Source: a virus. Taken from it: 60,289 nt of DNA. The DNA lies in IMG/VR virus record IMGVR_UViG_3300031578_000002, positions 1 to 60,289 of that record, one strand, 5' to 3'. Under the pieces are notes generated by a model. That model saw only the letters and a list, made by a program, of their open reading frames with translations. It searched no databases and was not told the DNA's origin. Made by a program: the position numbers and the translations under genes. This document shows, in pieces, positions 56,931 through 60,289 of this stretch (position 1 is the first letter of the stretch; every line of letters begins with the position of its first letter).

Positions 56931-57548
56931 TCATTTTCTTTCCAATAACGTAATTAATTTATCAATATCTTTTTTCTCCAATTTATTGATTAACCCCGCA
57001 ACCTTTTGAAGTTTTTTATCTTTAATATCATTACAATCCCTTTTACCTGACAATTCTTCTTCACTTTTCTTTTCAAGCATTTTATCCTCAACAACAGCTG
57101 CTTCATCAATATTTTTCTGTTTTTCATACGTTTTATCAAGATTATCTTGAACAATTTTTAATATTGCTTTTGCTGTGGTTTTGTTATTATTTTCTAATTT
57201 AAAATCATCCGAAGATAATTTTCTGTAATCGCTTTTTAACTTATTTGGGTTTTTATAATAATATGTTAATATGTCTAATCGCAAATCTTGAATGAACTTT
57301 TCTAAATCATTTAATACATCAACGTCATCATTATCATGTCCATCATTTTCCATGAATGGCATAAGTGTGAAACCAAACCGACCAAGCATATCGTACCTAA
57401 ATGGTTGAGTCCCGATCTTTGCATTATAATCAGTGGTGTTATTTGCCTGACTTTCTAAGTCCGAACCATTACTTGGCGTATCGTTACCACCAATCAATTC
57501 ACCGTTTGAGTCAATTATTTCAGATAAATCTTTCTTCTTAAACTTCAT
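56931..57548 (-). CDS. hypothetical late protein
   Basis: Late motif at 57565-57573; LSE/FME/IDE sites. Confidence 0.65.
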   Translation of the reverse strand: MKFKKKDLSEIIDSNGELIGGNDTPSNGSDLESQANNTTDYNAKIGTQPFRYDMLGRFGFTLMPFMENDGHDNDDVDVLNDLEKFIQDLRLDILTYYYKNPNKLKSDYRKLSSDDFKLENNNKTTAKAILKIVQDNLDKTYEKQKNIDEAAVVEDKMLEKKSEEELSGKRDCNDIKDKKLQKVAGLINKLEKKDIDKLITLLERK

Positions 57549-57601
57549 AATTACATTTATTTAATATAAATACTAATAATTATGAATATGCTCTTAAATA
57601 A

Positions 57602-60289
57602 TTATTCATTATCATCATCAACATCCTCTTCAATTTCTTCGCTAACACTTTCTTTTTCTTCATTAACAAAGTCTTCAAAAGCATAACTTGAGTTTTCAAA
57701 TTCAGAAAATACTTCGAGCATTGTCATTTTTGCAGGAATTTTGTGTTTCTTCTTGAATTTTGTAAATAATTTTTCTTCTTCACTCATTTCATCTTCAATA
57801 ACTTCATTTGTATTTATCGAAAGTTCACTTGCACGCAATTCTTCTAATTTTGCTTCATTTTCTTGCCTTTTTTTATCTAAGGCGATTTCAATCTCGCTTT
57901 TAGGTATGTCAATTTTACTTCTAATAATTTGAATATAAACATCGTTATATAGACCCAAATGATATTCATTACCATCTTTGATTAAAACCAAATCATCTTT
58001 TTTATAATCGTCATTAATTGATTTAATTTCGGGTTTATTTGCATTTCTCATTTTTTCATTAAGAAAATTTAATGCATTTTCATATATTTCAAAATAAACA
58101 GGATGCTCACTAGGCATTTTAAACCCATTCCATATTTTTCTGGGGTCATAACCTGTCTTATTCCAAAAATCAATTTCAAGTTCTTCTAATTGCATTGATT
58201 CATCAAAATCGTCGGAATCAAAATTTATTAGTTTGTTGTTATCATATAAGGGATTAAAATCATTTAAAACTAAATCACCTTTTTTATTAATTGTAACCAA
58301 TATTTTTTTTCTGATTTCAGGATCAAACCCAACCAATATTGTTTTCACACGTTTATTAAATGCATCCAAATATTTTTCAACATTATATGTACCAGTCATA
58401 TTTGGATTATCCATTAAATCTTTATTATTAATTAATGTTGCACAGAATCTTTCTTTACCAGTAATCTTGTCAACAATTTTACGTGAATCACCATGAGATT
58501 TTCTATATCCACTATTGACATAATATACAACACTGTCTAATTCAGGCTCTTGTGGCATATAATTAATAACCAATTTCATTTTATCTTCAATTGTTAATTC
58601 TTTTTTTGAATTACCTAAATCAAGTTCTGATTGATATTTTTCAAAAAGTTCCTCAGCAATTTCTTGACGCTTTTCAATTAATAATTCCATATGTGCTTGC
58701 ATTCCCTTTTCTCTACCATTCTTATCCTTACCTCTTTTTGTATATTTCGAAAGGGTTGTTTTAATCTTGCTCTTGCTTGCAATTTTCTTTAATGGTATTT
58801 TTAAATAATATATGTTTTGTGCATATTCTTTATAATAATCAATAAATTCCTTACCTTTATCATGAAGAATTAAATCCAACCCCTTATCAATAAATTCTTC
58901 GATATATTCAGGCATAACTTTAGACTTAATTGTATTCCCAGTTAATTTAATTTTTTCTTTCATACCGCCAGTCTTTTTATCTTTGGCTAATGATAATGTT
59001 CCATAATTAATACGTGAAAGATTTAAACAAGAAATACTTTCCCCGTCATTGTCTACACTCATATATGGAAGTTTCATTTCTTCCGAATTAAACTTTTCGA
59101 TTAATGCCGCAATCCCACTTTTGTCATTATATTGCCACATTTCTTCAATTACTCCCTCAATTACCCCTTCGGTCACTTTCTCATTCGTTACTCTTATTGT
59201 AGTAGTGTCTGGTATTTGAAAATTAATACCATCGGTAACTGCCAATAGTGCCACACATCCGTATTTGCTAAACCAATCAATTGCATGCCTTAAATGCAAC
59301 CTACCCGTACATGTAATTCTTGCGGCACAAACATTATCGGACCAGTTAAATGAAATGTTTGATCCCAATGCACCAAATAATGAGTTATTTAATATTTTTA
59401 TTGGCAACTGTTTTGTTTTGGCCATTGCAATATCAGCTGGAGTGAGTTTATTTCTGACATATTTAATATGTATTTCAGGATCAATTTGTTGTAATAGCTG
59501 AACTTCCTCAACATCTAACTTAGTTCCATTTGCAATCTTTTTATAGATATTACGTGTTGTTGTGAGATATAATAACAGCTTTTTCGTAACGCCTGTTATA
59601 TCAAACATTGGAAATACACCCTCGGTTAATTGAATCATTGGGTAAAGACTGGCATAGTCAATTTTAACAATACGTTTTGAATAACCTGTTTTAAAACATC
59701 TTGCTAGACCCCCACTAAATTTTTCATATTTATCTGATTGTGGAATTGCTAAATCATTTTCATAGCTCCATGCCGTTAATAATAAATTCCAAATTGCTGC
59801 AGTTCCCATTGTGCATATTCGCTGATATGTTGTTGGGACAATCTTTGCTAACATAAATGATGATTGATTATATAATTCATCAACATGCTCAGTTTCCCAA
59901 AGGTCATCAAGTAAATATTGTTTCACTAATTTTCTACTACCAATAAAGGTTATTAAATTCTTTGGTAATGCTTCCGATTTAAACCATTCAATAAATTCTT
60001 TAGAATCAACTGATTCATTAAAGCATTTAGCTTTTAATTCTCTATATTTTTCATCGGCAATATTAGCTTTATTTACTTGAAGTTTATATAGTGTTTTTGA
60101 AATTTCTTGAAATTCATCGGGCACTTGAAGATAATCGTTCTTGTCATTAACTAAAAATATTTTATTTTCAGCATAATATTTGCCAATTTTATTATCCTCA
60201 CCATCGATATACGTTCTATTTGGTTTTGCAATGTTTTCAAATTTTGCAATATATTTTAATTTTGTTTCCTTTAGATCACTATTTACGGC
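57602..60289 (-). CDS. polB: family B DNA polymerase (5' end beyond the window)
   Basis: ExoIII YLLDD, motif A DYASLYP, motif B KILNNSLFG, ITCTGR, motif C AVTDG; frame open to the window edge. Confidence 0.9.
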   Translation of the reverse strand, partial: AVNSDLKETKLKYIAKFENIAKPNRTYIDGEDNKIGKYYAENKIFLVNDKNDYLQVPDEFQEISKTLYKLQVNKANIADEKYRELKAKCFNESVDSKEFIEWFKSEALPKNLITFIGSRKLVKQYLLDDLWETEHVDELYNQSSFMLAKIVPTTYQRICTMGTAAIWNLLLTAWSYENDLAIPQSDKYEKFSGGLARCFKTGYSKRIVKIDYASLYPMIQLTEGVFPMFDITGVTKKLLLYLTTTRNIYKKIANGTKLDVEEVQLLQQIDPEIHIKYVRNKLTPADIAMAKTKQLPIKILNNSLFGALGSNISFNWSDNVCAARITCTGRLHLRHAIDWFSKYGCVALLAVTDGINFQIPDTTTIRVTNEKVTEGVIEGVIEEMWQYNDKSGIAALIEKFNSEEMKLPYMSVDNDGESISCLNLSRINYGTLSLAKDKKTGGMKEKIKLTGNTIKSKVMPEYIEEFIDKGLDLILHDKGKEFIDYYKEYAQNIYYLKIPLKKIASKSKIKTTLSKYTKRGKDKNGREKGMQAHMELLIEKRQEIAEELFEKYQSELDLGNSKKELTIEDKMKLVINYMPQEPELDSVVYYVNSGYRKSHGDSRKIVDKITGKERFCATLINNKDLMDNPNMTGTYNVEKYLDAFNKRVKTILVGFDPEIRKKILVTINKKGDLVLNDFNPLYDNNKLINFDSDDFDESMQLEELEIDFWNKTGYDPRKIWNGFKMPSEHPVYFEIYENALNFLNEKMRNANKPEIKSINDDYKKDDLVLIKDGNEYHLGLYNDVYIQIIRSKIDIPKSEIEIALDKKRQENEAKLEELRASELSINTNEVIEDEMSEEEKLFTKFKKKHKIPAKMTMLEVFSEFENSSYAFEDFVNEEKESVSEEIEEDVDDDNE

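Noticed and set aside
13902-57573. T4-type TATAAATA late promoters firing on the plus strand
   Set aside because: They would point away from the adjacent minus-strand starts into antisense sequence, and the motif flips with gene strand at 9144.
11902-59501. Numerous 60-140-aa antisense or alternate-frame ORFs in the track (e.g. 42028-42408, 49302-49667, 50058-50474)
   Set aside because: They lie wholly within well-supported opposite-strand genes and show the S/F/L-rich composition typical of antisense frames.
1-60289. Stop-codon reassignment as in some large Bacteroidota phages
   Set aside because: Long conserved genes are intact in code 11, and TAG/TGA act as real stops with tight gene packing.
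1-60289. tRNA/rRNA genes, DGR, introns or inteins
   Set aside because: No cloverleaf, RT gene, TR/VR pair or intein motifs were seen by eye; tRNAscan-SE and Infernal would be needed to exclude them.

Overview
This is an AT-rich, gene-dense fragment of a large myovirus-like phage, mostly encoded on the minus strand and read in standard code 11. The host is probably in the Bacteroidota: there are YTTG-N19/20-TAnnTTTG promoters, no Shine-Dalgarno sites, and FN3/BACON-like domains. From left to right the window holds: (1) an array of attC-like hairpin cassettes of about 280 bp, each carrying a small antisense gene (10-1300); (2) a divergent PurA-like / vWA / J-like pseudokinase module; (3) accessory, lysis and internal-head genes; (4) replication and transcription genes (Mre11-Rad50 fusion, Hsp20, ECF sigma factor, primase, RuvC-like, GIY-YIG); (5) a baseplate/tail module with interspersed glycosyltransferases; (6) an anti-defence/RNA-repair block (ParB-like, HAD, 2H, ArdC-MPTase, WYL, NUDIX) around a 1776-aa polyprotein with 3 kinases, ART, CCA-adding and Acb1-like 2H domains, whose domain junctions each carry an [ILM]-x-E motif resembling prohead-protease sites; and (7) a 5'-truncated family B DNA polymerase. 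Four promoter classes are visible: host sigma70-type, ECF-type GTAAC-N16/17-CGTA, a late GTATTTAT(A/T) motif, and a possible sigma54 site. All family assignments were made by eye from motifs; no searches were run.
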